Source: Pseudomonadota bacterium (lineage in GTDB: Bacteria > Bdellovibrionota > FAC87 > UBA2466). Taken from it: 17,225 nucleotides of DNA. The stretch spans positions 1 to 17,225 of the forward strand of contig JAYUGC010000025.1 in assembly GCA_043767805.1 (NCBI GenBank), given 5' to 3'. This document shows, piece by piece, positions 1-7,561 of the stretch (positions are counted from its first letter, which is position 1; every line of letters starts with the position of its first letter). Below the pieces are notes generated by a model. The model saw only the letters and a list, made by a program, of their open reading frames with translations, ran no database searches and was not told the DNA's origin. The translations under genes were made by a program, and so were the position numbers.

Positions 1-110
1 CTAGTTATCACCACGTCTCCGGCCTTGGGATAGTTCGATACAGTCTCTATATATCTAAAATTGTCAGCGGCGGGCAAACGGGTGTCGACCGTGCGGCTCT
101 CTTTCCTCAT
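1..110 (-). CDS. Possible third gene of the first TA operon, 5' part only (runs off window start)
   Basis: ATG at 110-108 overlaps the antitoxin TGA (ATGA coupling). The frame MRKESRTVDTRLPAADNFRYIETVSNYPKAGDVVIT stays open to position 1. Not in the supplied ORF track because it is truncated. Confidence 0.35.
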   Translation of the reverse strand, partial: MRKESRTVDTRLPAADNFRYIETVSNYPKAGDVVIT

Positions 111-391
111 GCTGCTTTGCGCACCCGTACGTCGGCTACCAGGCCCGCTGCTTCTACCATCTTTAAGACGCGATCAATGGTCACCTTTTGAACACTGCCA
201 GACAGAATTCCCGTTACAGCACTTCTCGGAAGGCCTGAGCGAGTTGCCAGCTGGGCGTGCGTGACTCCATCCTTCTCGACTTGCTTCATTACAGCCGAGA
301 TAAGTTGAGCTTTGATGACAGCTTCCATCCCCCTTGCCTGAGAAACGGAGAACATTTTTGCAATCTTCGTACTATTCATCGGTCGTTTCAT
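107..391 (-). CDS. XRE/HTH antitoxin (HigA-like)
   Basis: 94 aa with HTH segment VTHAQLATRSGLPRSAVTGILSG..KVTIDRVL. Its ATG overlaps the toxin stop (ATGA at 391-388). Confidence 0.85.
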   Translation of the reverse strand: MKRPMNSTKIAKMFSVSQARGMEAVIKAQLISAVMKQVEKDGVTHAQLATRSGLPRSAVTGILSGSVQKVTIDRVLKMVEAAGLVADVRVRKAA

Positions 392-703
392 AACACCTCT
401 CTCAATCGTAATTTCGCCATCTGAAGATTCTGGTCAGACGTTTTCTCGGTCTTCTTGCGAAACGCGTGAATAAACCAAATGTCCCTCTGTCGAACGAATG
501 CATAGATGACGCGATACACACCCGAACGATCCCGAACCCGAAGCTCATGACACCCTTTGCCGATGCTCGGCATCGGCCGGGACAGCGGCATAGAAAGCAA
601 GTGTCCTGCCTCAAGCCTCGCTGCCGCGTCCGCGATCTCTCCACGAACGTCTTCCCGGAAAATCAGCAATCTTCTTCTGACAGCGTGAAAGAATTCGAAT
701 CAC
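388..703 (-). pseudogene. RelE/ParE-superfamily toxin (HigB/Gp49-like), frameshifted by one extra base near 654-656
   Basis: The C-terminal frame has SRPMPSIGKGCHELRVRDRSGVYRVIY..IHAFRKKTEKT. The upstream GTG(703) frame reads MIRILSRCQKKIADFP and joins EDVRGEI only if one G is removed from TTT CCG GGAA. The span of 316 nt is 3n+1. Confidence 0.7.
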
Positions 704-710
704 GAAAGTT

Positions 711-736
711 ACTATGTCTTATAAATAAGACATAGT
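711..736. promoter_or_regulatory. Perfect 12-bp inverted repeat, likely autoregulatory operator of TA operon 1
   Basis: ACTATGTCTTAT-AA-ATAAGACATAGT, separated by 7 nt from the GTG at 703. Confidence 0.7.
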
Positions 737-872
737 TAAGAGTCGCACAGCCTCTAAGGTTCAAGAGAAGGGTTCAAATAAAAAAGGGAGCAAAAAGCTG
801 ATGCCGTCCCGAAAAGACCCGACGGCAAAAACTAAAAATTTTCTATTTAATTGAATTAGGTACTTAAAATTA

Positions 873-901
873 ATGGCGGAGGGGAGAGGTATCTAACCTC
901 C
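873..901 (-). repeat. Degenerate direct repeat of the tRNA-Ser(GCT) 3' end (att-like site)
   Basis: atggcggaggggagaggtatctaacctcc versus 2279-2307 atggcggagaggagaggattcgaacctcc: 25/29 identical, same orientation. Confidence 0.8.
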
Positions 902-1089
902 TTTTTTCAAGCCATAGATTCCAAACACCAATCAAACAATAACCGAAAGTTACTCGTACCGCTTAGTGTACCCAGTTGCTCCCCTTAGCACGGATTTGTA
1001 CTCTGCCAACCCCCCGGGGGTTCTCCAATAGCCCCCAAAGGGTTCAAGACCGTTTCTCTCGAACCCCTCTCCCAACATAACTTTAATGA

Positions 1090-1118
1090 TTGAATTGTTC
1101 ACCTAATAGGTGTACATT
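1090..1118 (+). promoter_or_regulatory. Sigma70-type promoter overlapped by a palindromic operator (TA operon 2)
   Basis: TTGAAT(1090-1095)-17 nt-TACATT(1113-1118). Inverted repeat TGTTCACCTA-A-TAGGTGTACA at 1096-1116 (1 mismatch). GTG start at 1127 with no Shine-Dalgarno sequence. Confidence 0.65.
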
Positions 1119-1126
1119 TCTAGTCT

Positions 1127-1405
1127 GTGATACACCGGGTGCTACTCAGCAAGCGTGCAGTTAAAGATCTCGAGGACGTGCCGACTCACGTCGCGGTGAA
1201 GCTCCAAGCATGGAAAGACGGGGTCGAGGGGTTGGGGCTTGAGGAGATGCGCAAGCGGTCTGGGTTTCATGATGAGCCATTGAAGGGCGATCGGAAAGGA
1301 CAACGATCGATCCGACTGAGTCGTTCGTATCGTGCCATCTATCGAATCGTAAGAGACCAGGTCGTATTCGTCCTGGTCGAAGAGGTGAACAAACATGAGT
1401 ACTAA
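1127..1405 (+). CDS. RelE-superfamily mRNA interferase toxin (HigB/YafQ-like)
   Basis: 92 aa with the GFHDEPLKGDRKGQRSIRLSRSYRAIY motif. Upstream of and overlapping an HTH gene. Confidence 0.88.
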   Translation: MIHRVLLSKRAVKDLEDVPTHVAVKLQAWKDGVEGLGLEEMRKRSGFHDEPLKGDRKGQRSIRLSRSYRAIYRIVRDQVVFVLVEEVNKHEY

Positions 1406-1721
1406 ATTCAATCGTAAGGATTATGTGGATGCTGGTCCTGTCTTGGGAAAACTGACCAAGTCTGAGACTACTTTGGCAGGTTTGTTGGAGGCGATCCGCC
1501 TGGGCGAAGAAATGTCTCTTGCCGACTTTGCAAAACAACTTGGAATCTCTCGTTCGCACCTTTGTGACATTGAACAAGGTCGAAAAACGGTTAGCCCGGC
1601 AAGGGCCGCGAAATTTGCCAAGAAACTCGGATATTCTGAGAAACAATTCATCACTCTGGCTTTGCAGGATATCGTCCGTAAAGACGGACTTAAATTCGTT
1701 GTTAAGTTAGAAGCCGCTTGA
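1395..1721 (+). CDS. XRE/HTH antitoxin (HigA-like)
   Basis: 108 aa with IRLGEEMSLADFAKQLGISRSHLCDIEQGRKTVSPARAAKFAKKLG Cro/C1 HTH. Overlaps the toxin by 11 nt. Confidence 0.88.
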   Translation: MSTKFNRKDYVDAGPVLGKLTKSETTLAGLLEAIRLGEEMSLADFAKQLGISRSHLCDIEQGRKTVSPARAAKFAKKLGYSEKQFITLALQDIVRKDGLKFVVKLEAA

Positions 1722-1742
1722 GGGCTGCTAAGGATTTCGCCC

Positions 1743-2096
1743 ATGAGAAAATTCAAATACGAATTCTTGGCCAGAATGGCCTCGAAGGCTTTTCAGGAAA
1801 GATGGATTGATAAGGGCTCGACTGTAGACGGATATGTCGTTCCGGAAGAAATTCTGAATGACGCGTTCGCAGGTATGAAAAAGATCATTCTTGAGAATAG
1901 TGATGACCCCCTTAAAGAACGCGTCTTGAACTTGTACGTTTACTCTCTGAACGAATCGGAAAAATGCGCCGGTGACCAAATTTATGAGTCCAAGAGCTGG
2001 AAAAACATTCGAGAGGCTACTAGGGGTTTTCTAGAGCATCTGACAAATTTCGATTTGGCGGCCTGGGAGAAATCCGATTCCGCTGACTTAGATTAA
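1743..2096 (+). CDS. Hypothetical protein (cargo of the TA islet)
   Basis: 117-aa ORF 21 nt after the antitoxin, AAGGA upstream, followed by a hairpin. No family recognised with confidence. Confidence 0.7.
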   Translation: MRKFKYEFLARMASKAFQERWIDKGSTVDGYVVPEEILNDAFAGMKKIILENSDDPLKERVLNLYVYSLNESEKCAGDQIYESKSWKNIREATRGFLEHLTNFDLAAWEKSDSADLD

Positions 2097-2147
2097 GGCG
2101 GGACTTCTCGTTTTGTGAAATGGAACTCAGGCAATGAGTTGGAATGC

Positions 2148-2178
2148 AATCCTGGGGGTTGTAAACCCACAGGATTTT
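2148..2178 (+). terminator. Probable intrinsic terminator of TA operon 2
   Basis: Imperfect hairpin AATCCTGGGGGTT-GTA-AACCCACAGGATT ending in a short T run. Confidence 0.45.
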
Positions 2179-2255
2179 CGCCTAAAAAAGTCCCCTGGAA
2201 GCACCTGCCGACCCTAAGAACCCCCGGAATGAAAATCGGAAATCGTAAGTAGAGG

Positions 2256-2280
2256 ATATTTTTCACGTAGTGAAAAATAT
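2256..2280. repeat. Perfect 11-bp inverted repeat immediately 3' of tRNA-Ser(GCT)
   Basis: ATATTTTTCAC-GTA-GTGAAAAATAT abutting the CCA end; a terminator or att-associated element. Confidence 0.55.
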
Positions 2281-2371
2281 GGCGGAGAGGAGAGGATTCG
2301 AACCTCCGATACAGTTTAACCCGTATAACAGTTTAGCAAACTGCCGCCTTCGGCCACTCGGCCACCTCTCC
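2280..2371 (-). tRNA. tRNA-Ser(GCT)
   Basis: Reverse complement GGAGAGGTGGCCGAGTGGCCGAAGGCG-GCAGT-TTGCTAA-ACTGT, long variable arm, GGAGGTTCGAATCCTCT-CCTCTCC-G-CCA. Confidence 0.97.
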
Positions 2372-2437
2372 GCAGAGGCAATGAACTCTTAGCTTTAGCA
2401 CGCTAAATAGTTATGTTCAAACGACCCACGCCAAGGG

Positions 2438-2467
2438 TTGTCATTTTTCCCCGAGTTAGTGTAGGCT
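2438..2467 (+). promoter_or_regulatory. Putative sigma70 promoter for tRNA-Arg and tadA
   Basis: TTGTCA-18 nt-TAGGCT followed by a GC-rich discriminator-like stretch just before the tRNA. Confidence 0.45.
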
Positions 2468-2479
2468 CGGGGCCCTTAA

Positions 2480-2556
2480 GCGCCTGTAGCTCAGTTGGAT
2501 AGAGTAGCAGACTACGAATCTGCGGGTCAGAGGTTCGAATCCTCTCAGGCGCGCCA
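2480..2556 (+). tRNA. tRNA-Arg(ACG)
   Basis: 77 nt: GCGCCTG acceptor, TAGCTCAGTTGGATAGAGT D arm, GCAGA-CTACGAA-TCTGC anticodon arm, GGTTCGAATCC T arm, encoded CCA. Confidence 0.98.
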
Positions 2557-2616
2557 TTTTTTAAAGGTAATTAGCTTCGATCCAATCCCAGTAGGTAACC
2601 TTCCTCAAGGATAGTT

Positions 2617-3120
2617 ATGAAATCCCTACACGAAATGTGGATGCGCGAAGTCCTCTCCGAAGCCGAGCGCGCCGGCGTCCGGGGCGAAGTCCCCATGGCC
2701 GCGGTCCTCGTTCGAGACGGCGAGCTCCTCGCCGTAGGCTCAAACTTAAGAGAAGCGACCGGCCGAACGACAGCCCACGCCGAGATTCTCGCTCTTGAGA
2801 CCTACAATCAGCGCCACAACTCTTGGCGGCTTCCTCCCGGAACCACCCTGTATGTGAACGCCGAGCCCTGCCTAATGTGCGCGAGCGCTCTGATCCAAGC
2901 TCGAGTCGACGCCATTTATTACGGCTGCGACGATCCTAAGAACGCCGGCATTCGTAACCTCGCCTCTCTCATCGAAGAGAACCGCTTTGACCACAAACTC
3001 TCCGTCCTTCAAGGGGGAATCCTCGGCGAAGAGTCCGCTTCCTTACTCTCCGAGTTCTTCCGCCGCCGGCGCCTGCAGAAGGTAGCTGACAAAACCCTGA
3101 GCAGCGCCCTAGTTCATTGA
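2617..3120 (+). CDS. tadA: tRNA adenosine(34) deaminase TadA
   Basis: WMREVLSEAERAGVRGEVPMAAVLV, zinc motifs HAE and EPCLMC, YYGCDDPKNAG, LLSEFFRRRR. Adjacent to tRNA-Arg(ACG). Confidence 0.92.
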   Translation: MKSLHEMWMREVLSEAERAGVRGEVPMAAVLVRDGELLAVGSNLREATGRTTAHAEILALETYNQRHNSWRLPPGTTLYVNAEPCLMCASALIQARVDAIYYGCDDPKNAGIRNLASLIEENRFDHKLSVLQGGILGEESASLLSEFFRRRRLQKVADKTLSSALVH

Positions 3121-3383
3121 TTTTAAAGGGTTTTCCTTGTTTTTTATCCCCATCCCCTACTCTTGTATACTCGCGGAACACACGCGTAAATAGCAGTAAT
3201 CATTTAACCAAATAGAAAAACGCTCTATTTCTGCCTTTCCCTTATACGGGGTTTGAGCCTACTCAGTGCGTAACTCCCGGTGGTCCTCAGGTTGCATCCT
3301 TACCTAATGACCCCAACCTCACCTCTGAGACCCACTTCTCTCGAATTCCAGGTTTTCCGGCTCCTAACGCGACTAGGTTGCCT

Positions 3384-4073
3384 ATGCGATTTAACAAATG
3401 GCTTATCCCGGCCCTTCTTTTCCCCCTTTCGATGCTGGTCACCGGCTGCGATATTGTGGACCAGATCGCCGAAGGCAATCTCTCGCTCGAAATCGGCGGC
3501 CTCGTTTTGATTGGCCCGGGAGCGAAGCGAGAGAACGCGCCCATTCTGAGTGGCATTCCCAAGTTTCCAAAAAAAATCGAAGTTGAAAAGAAAGTTCAGA
3601 GCTGGGGAAGCTGCGAAAAAAACGCGCAGCCCTCCGGCGTCGAAGGGTTCCGCAAAGCCCAAGCCGAAGTCAGCGAAATTTGGGTCGCGACCTACGCCGG
3701 CGATCGCGTGGAAAAATTGAAAGTCGCTCGCAAGACGATCAATCTCTTTCGCTTGGCTTCGGAAGTATCCGCGCTTCTGACCGAAGCGCAAATCCCTTCG
3801 GGCGAGTACAAAGAAGTTCAGGTGATGCTTTCCAAAGCCATCGTCACCGACGCCTCCGGAAAAGTCTGGCCTCTCGATATTCCTGAAGGCGATAAGAACG
3901 GCGTTCGCATCCAGCTCGAGCGCAATCTCGTCATCGGCGAGAACGGAGAAAAGCCGCGCGTCTCACTGACCTTCTGCACGGAGTCCAATTTCGTTTTGGA
4001 AAAAATAGGAAACCAGAACCGAAAAATCGGCTTCCATCCGATCATCGATCAGGTCGCGAACCTCTCGCTCTAA
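3384..4073 (+). CDS. Lipoprotein, DUF4382-like
   Basis: ATG at 3384 gives signal MRFNKWLIPALLFPLSMLVTG-C (lipobox). INLFRL..LLTEAQIPSGEYKEVQV..PLDIPEGDKNGVRI resembles DUF4382. Confidence 0.7.
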   Translation: MRFNKWLIPALLFPLSMLVTGCDIVDQIAEGNLSLEIGGLVLIGPGAKRENAPILSGIPKFPKKIEVEKKVQSWGSCEKNAQPSGVEGFRKAQAEVSEIWVATYAGDRVEKLKVARKTINLFRLASEVSALLTEAQIPSGEYKEVQVMLSKAIVTDASGKVWPLDIPEGDKNGVRIQLERNLVIGENGEKPRVSLTFCTESNFVLEKIGNQNRKIGFHPIIDQVANLSL

Positions 4074-4081
4074 GCCACCGC

Positions 4082-5767
4082 CTAGCGCACGCCGGCACGC
4101 TTGTTGAGTCCATCGATGTATTTGCGGCCGGAAATTTTGTGGCAGAGATCGGCCACGTTGTCCGCCCCTTCCACACACAAGGTTCCCTTTAGCTTTCCGA
4201 AATAATCCAGAAGCGAGCGCTTCGTGCCGTCTTCGACGGGACTGAGCATGAGTATCGTGCCGCTCCCCTTGGAAGCCGCCCCACGCACCGTCTCGGAAAC
4301 ATAGCTCGCGTCTCCGCCGCCAGCGTCGACACCGCCGCCACCGGCCTCGCCGCCACCAAGCCCGCCGTAGGCGACCGACTTCGAGAAAGAATAACCGCCG
4401 CTACCGCCGCCGCCGCCCTCACCGCCACCTAGGCCGGAGAAAGGATCGCCGCCAAAATTTCCGCCTGGAGGAGCGCTCGCGCTACCGACGATGTTCGGCC
4501 CCATGGACCCGCCGCCACCAGAATCTCCGCCGCCAAAGCCGCCGCCAAATCCACCACCGCCGCTCATGCCGGGAAGCGGAGAGCTATTGCCTTGAGGGCC
4601 TTGGCCCTTGGCTCCCGCGAGCAGATTTTTCATCAGCTCGGAAGGATCTTGCTGAGGCTCTTCGGGGGGTGCTTTAGGCGTCTCCGCCTTCGCGTTCTTC
4701 TTATCGAGCTCGTCCTTCGACTTGGACGGAGGCAACTCGAATTTTTCCTCGGCTTTGCCGTCTTTGTTCTGATTGTTTTTATCGGTGTTGCTGTCTTTGC
4801 CTTTTAATAGCGCCGCCAAAGCACTGTTGTCGCCGCCGCCTCGATCGCCGCGATCTCGGTCAGGACGAGGGGGAGGTTCTATTTTTTTTGAGTCGTCCTC
4901 TTTTTTCCGCGGAGGCGGAGGAGGCTGATGCCCGGCGAAAGCGTTTTTCAAATCGCCCAGATCGGGAAGCGATCGGTTGCCGCCCTCTTCTTTATCCTTC
5001 TTGTCGTTCAAAAGGCCCGCTCTCAAAGCATCGAGCAAACCGCTGCTTTCACGATTACCACCGCGACGAGACGACGAAGCGCCCCGCTCGGCTTGCAGGT
5101 TTTTCAGCAAATCTTGGGTGAGAGCGAGCTGTTTTGCGACGAGGCTCTCTTCGGGATTTTTAGCCCTGGCCGCGAGCTGACCGAACTTCGCATCGAGAGC
5201 CGCTTGCAACTCGGGCCCCAGAGCCGCGTTACCGGCGAGCTGTCCGTTCGGAGCTTGAGGTTGCGCCGTTCCGTCTTGGCCGGCTTGCGGGTTTTTCGCG
5301 CCCGCGGTCTCGGGAGACGTCACGCGAGTGCTTTCCTTAGCTTCGAGTAAACGTTTCGCCGCCACATTGAGCTCAGTCCCCACGGGAGAGTTCTTCACGG
5401 CGCCGAGCTCGTTTTTAAAAAGAGTTTTTAGTTCATCCCCTTGGTCTTTGGTGACGGTTCCGCCGCTCGTAACTAAACCGTCCACCATCTCGTTGAACTT
5501 TGCGGGCGTAAGCGAGGGCGCTTTATCGGTGGCTTTCACGAGATCGCGCATGCCTTCGCTGGAAAGCTGAACCTGTTTGAGACCCTGAATGAGCGCTTCT
5601 TGCCGGGTAAGCACCGGAACCGAGGACTGGGGAGAGGTGGTCTGAGTCGCGGGCGGAGTCTTTTCTTCGCTGGGGGAGGCATGGGACTGCGGCTCCGCAT
5701 GAGCTTCCCAGCCCAAGGCTAATCCAGCCACTATTACTAACGCACACCAAGGAAAATAGGTCCGCAT
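4082..5767 (-). CDS. Secreted low-complexity Gly/Pro/Lys-rich hypothetical protein
   Basis: Long ORF. Likely start ATG at 5767 gives signal peptide MRTYFPWCALVIVAGLALGWEAHA, then a helical N-terminal part, charged linker, Gly-rich tract and a short C-terminal segment with two Cys. Confidence 0.8.
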   Translation of the reverse strand: MRTYFPWCALVIVAGLALGWEAHAEPQSHASPSEEKTPPATQTTSPQSSVPVLTRQEALIQGLKQVQLSSEGMRDLVKATDKAPSLTPAKFNEMVDGLVTSGGTVTKDQGDELKTLFKNELGAVKNSPVGTELNVAAKRLLEAKESTRVTSPETAGAKNPQAGQDGTAQPQAPNGQLAGNAALGPELQAALDAKFGQLAARAKNPEESLVAKQLALTQDLLKNLQAERGASSSRRGGNRESSGLLDALRAGLLNDKKDKEEGGNRSLPDLGDLKNAFAGHQPPPPPRKKEDDSKKIEPPPRPDRDRGDRGGGDNSALAALLKGKDSNTDKNNQNKDGKAEEKFELPPSKSKDELDKKNAKAETPKAPPEEPQQDPSELMKNLLAGAKGQGPQGNSSPLPGMSGGGGFGGGFGGGDSGGGGSMGPNIVGSASAPPGGNFGGDPFSGLGGGEGGGGGSGGYSFSKSVAYGGLGGGEAGGGGVDAGGGDASYVSETVRGAASKGSGTILMLSPVEDGTKRSLLDYFGKLKGTLCVEGADNVADLCHKISGRKYIDGLNKRAGVR

Positions 5768-5825
5768 TGGCCAACTCGCACTTTCCGCACACGCTCCACC
5801 ACAACCCCGATTCATTCTCTAAGGT

Positions 5826-5841
5826 TGCAAAGGAGCGGCCG
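5826..5841 (-). promoter_or_regulatory. Putative sigma54 (-24/-12) promoter
   Basis: Minus strand cGGccgctcctTTGCA has exact GG-N10-GC spacing, about 60 nt upstream of the ATG at 5767. Confidence 0.4.
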
Positions 5842-5937
5842 GGTGCCTAGGCAGCGTGGACCTTGGGAATACGCCTGAAACGGTGAAGTTTTCGACGGAG
5901 TGACTGCCGTATTACGGCACGTCAGTGTAAAACGACG

Positions 5938-5985
5938 GAATCAACCTTTGATTCTGAGAATCAACCAGAGCTCTCGGGTTGATTC
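5938..5985. terminator. Tandem hairpins built on GAATCAA(CC) downstream of the M56-SLT gene
   Basis: GAATCAA-CCT-TTGATTC (5938-5954) and GAATCAACC-N10-GGTTGATTC (5958-5985). A third inverted repeat lies at 5901-5924. Confidence 0.4.
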
Positions 5986-5998
5986 CGCCGATTAAGGA

Positions 5999-7561
5999 TT
6001 AATCGAGAACGGACGGATTATTCAGAACGATGGCGCCCGCCATGATTTTCTCGACGTACTCGTTGTCGTTGAAAAACCCAGCGTCGATGAGCTTCCAAAC
6101 GTCGCGCGTGCCGCCCTTACGAATAGCGCGCTGAACGAAATTCTCGCCCGCGTTGTAACCGAGAAGGGCCAAGCCCCAATCCTCGAACTGGAGATGGAGC
6201 GCTTTCAATAGGCGAAAGGCGGCGTCCGTCTCTTTCAAGGCATTTAGGCGCTCGTCGACTTTATCGTCGACGCGGAGGTTATAGTTTCGCGCCGTGTCCG
6301 GCATGAACTGCCACAGCCCTGCGGCACCAATCGGATTCGCGCTGGCCGGATAGTTCCGGAAGCCCGATTCCATGAGCGCGACCGCGAGCAACTCACGCGG
6401 AACGCCATACTCCTTGAGCTTTGCTTCCAGAATGGGCGTGTAGCTCTCTTTTCTCTGCAGGGCCTGGCGAAGAAACTCCCGGCCGTCGGGCGTACCGAGA
6501 TAGCGGTTCAGTTGTTTAAGCACGCGCGCATTTAACGGGAGTGGAAAGGCGGCGCCTTTGCGAGGCGCGACCCAGGGCTTGGCGAGATCGAACGTAATGC
6601 GCCGATCGCGGACCCAGGCGCCGGAAGCGGAGCTGGCCACGAGGAGCGTGGATACGGCGATGACCGCGCTAACACGGCCGAGCCAAGGGGACGGGGAACG
6701 TTTTTCGTAGTCGAACAACATGGTGATCCTCCGATGGAGAAAAGCTCCCTTTCGAGTCGAGGCCATCCCCGCCGCGCAAGCGGGAAGGCCTCGACTCGAG
6801 AGAGCGGTTTCCGCTACCTTGAGCAGGCAGCGGCTATAGGCTTGCGGTCCGACGACGCCTCGGCCGAGGAGCGCGCGGTCGCAAGCCAACTCTTGAAATT
6901 CTGTCACCCGGCGAGTGAGGAGCCACGCCGCCGGATGAATCGCGAAAAGCACTTTCAAAGCTTCGAGCCACCACGCCCAAAGCGTATCGCCTTGGCGATG
7001 GTGCTGCAGCTCGTGACGAAGCACGGTGCGGACTCCGGCGGAATCTTCGAGAGACGATTGCGGGAGCACGACGAATAACTTTCCCGGCGTTCGCAAAGAG
7101 AACGGCACCAAATATTGTCCGGAAACGAGCACGCGTACCCTGCCGAGCTTTCGAACCACGAAGCAACGAGCGAGGCGCCCCCGAAGCCGCGCCAAATCGA
7201 CGAGTAACCACAGCCCCCGCAGTAGGGCCGCCCCTAACCAGAGCCACACTATCCACCGCAGATCGGAAATGGGCGCGCTCGTCTTGATCTCGGTAACCGA
7301 GAGGACGGGGTCTTCGACTTCCATTCTTCGCATGGTGGGCGACGCCCAAACTTGAACCGGCGGTTTCGCGAACACGCGTCCTGCCGCGCCGGAGGGCGAC
7401 GTGAAGGGAAGCGCAAGCGTCACGGCGATGAGAAAGTAAGCAAAACGGCAAGCCGACGCCGCGGAGATTCGGCCGCGAGCGACGAGGCGGGACGTTCCTT
7501 CGAGTAAAAGCATGCTCACCGCGAGGAGTAACCCCGCGCGCACCAGCCAAAGAAGGCTCAT
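5999..7561 (-). CDS. BlaR1/MecR1-type M56 membrane metallopeptidase fused to a C-terminal MltD-like lytic transglycosylase (SLT) domain
   Basis: N-terminal TM helices, HELQH (7015-7001), QELACD, LHRRITML, then a TM helix followed by SLT motifs ALMESG, GAAGLWQFMPDTARNYNL, DERLN and ALLGYNAGE. Confidence 0.9.
   Translation of the reverse strand: MSLLWLVRAGLLLAVSMLLLEGTSRLVARGRISAASACRFAYFLIAVTLALPFTSPSGAAGRVFAKPPVQVWASPTMRRMEVEDPVLSVTEIKTSAPISDLRWIVWLWLGAALLRGLWLLVDLARLRGRLARCFVVRKLGRVRVLVSGQYLVPFSLRTPGKLFVVLPQSSLEDSAGVRTVLRHELQHHRQGDTLWAWWLEALKVLFAIHPAAWLLTRRVTEFQELACDRALLGRGVVGPQAYSRCLLKVAETALSSRGLPACAAGMASTRKGAFLHRRITMLFDYEKRSPSPWLGRVSAVIAVSTLLVASSASGAWVRDRRITFDLAKPWVAPRKGAAFPLPLNARVLKQLNRYLGTPDGREFLRQALQRKESYTPILEAKLKEYGVPRELLAVALMESGFRNYPASANPIGAAGLWQFMPDTARNYNLRVDDKVDERLNALKETDAAFRLLKALHLQFEDWGLALLGYNAGENFVQRAIRKGGTRDVWKLIDAGFFNDNEYVEKIMAGAIVLNNPSVLD

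Larger units (their letters stand above)
873..2307. mobile_element. ~1.4-kb integrase-less islet at the tRNA-Ser(GCT) 3' end carrying a TA pair and one cargo gene
   Basis: Bounded by the tRNA 3' end and its degenerate copy, visibly AT-richer than the core genes, no recombinase ORF inside. Confidence 0.6.

Noticed and set aside
756..1066. Recurrent GGTTCAA (758, 771, 1041) and an inverted GAACCC, resembling tRNA T-loops or a repeat array
   Set aside because: Short, irregularly spaced and without cloverleaf context; not CRISPR-like and not distinguishable from chance.
2617..3120. Deaminase as an anti-phage or mutator enzyme linked to the TA islet
   Set aside because: Canonical TadA length and motifs, next to its tRNA substrate and outside the att-bounded segment; housekeeping is the simpler explanation.
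4270..4570. Dense CCGCCGCCA-type repeats
   Set aside because: Explained by glycine codons of the minus-strand Gly-rich protein.
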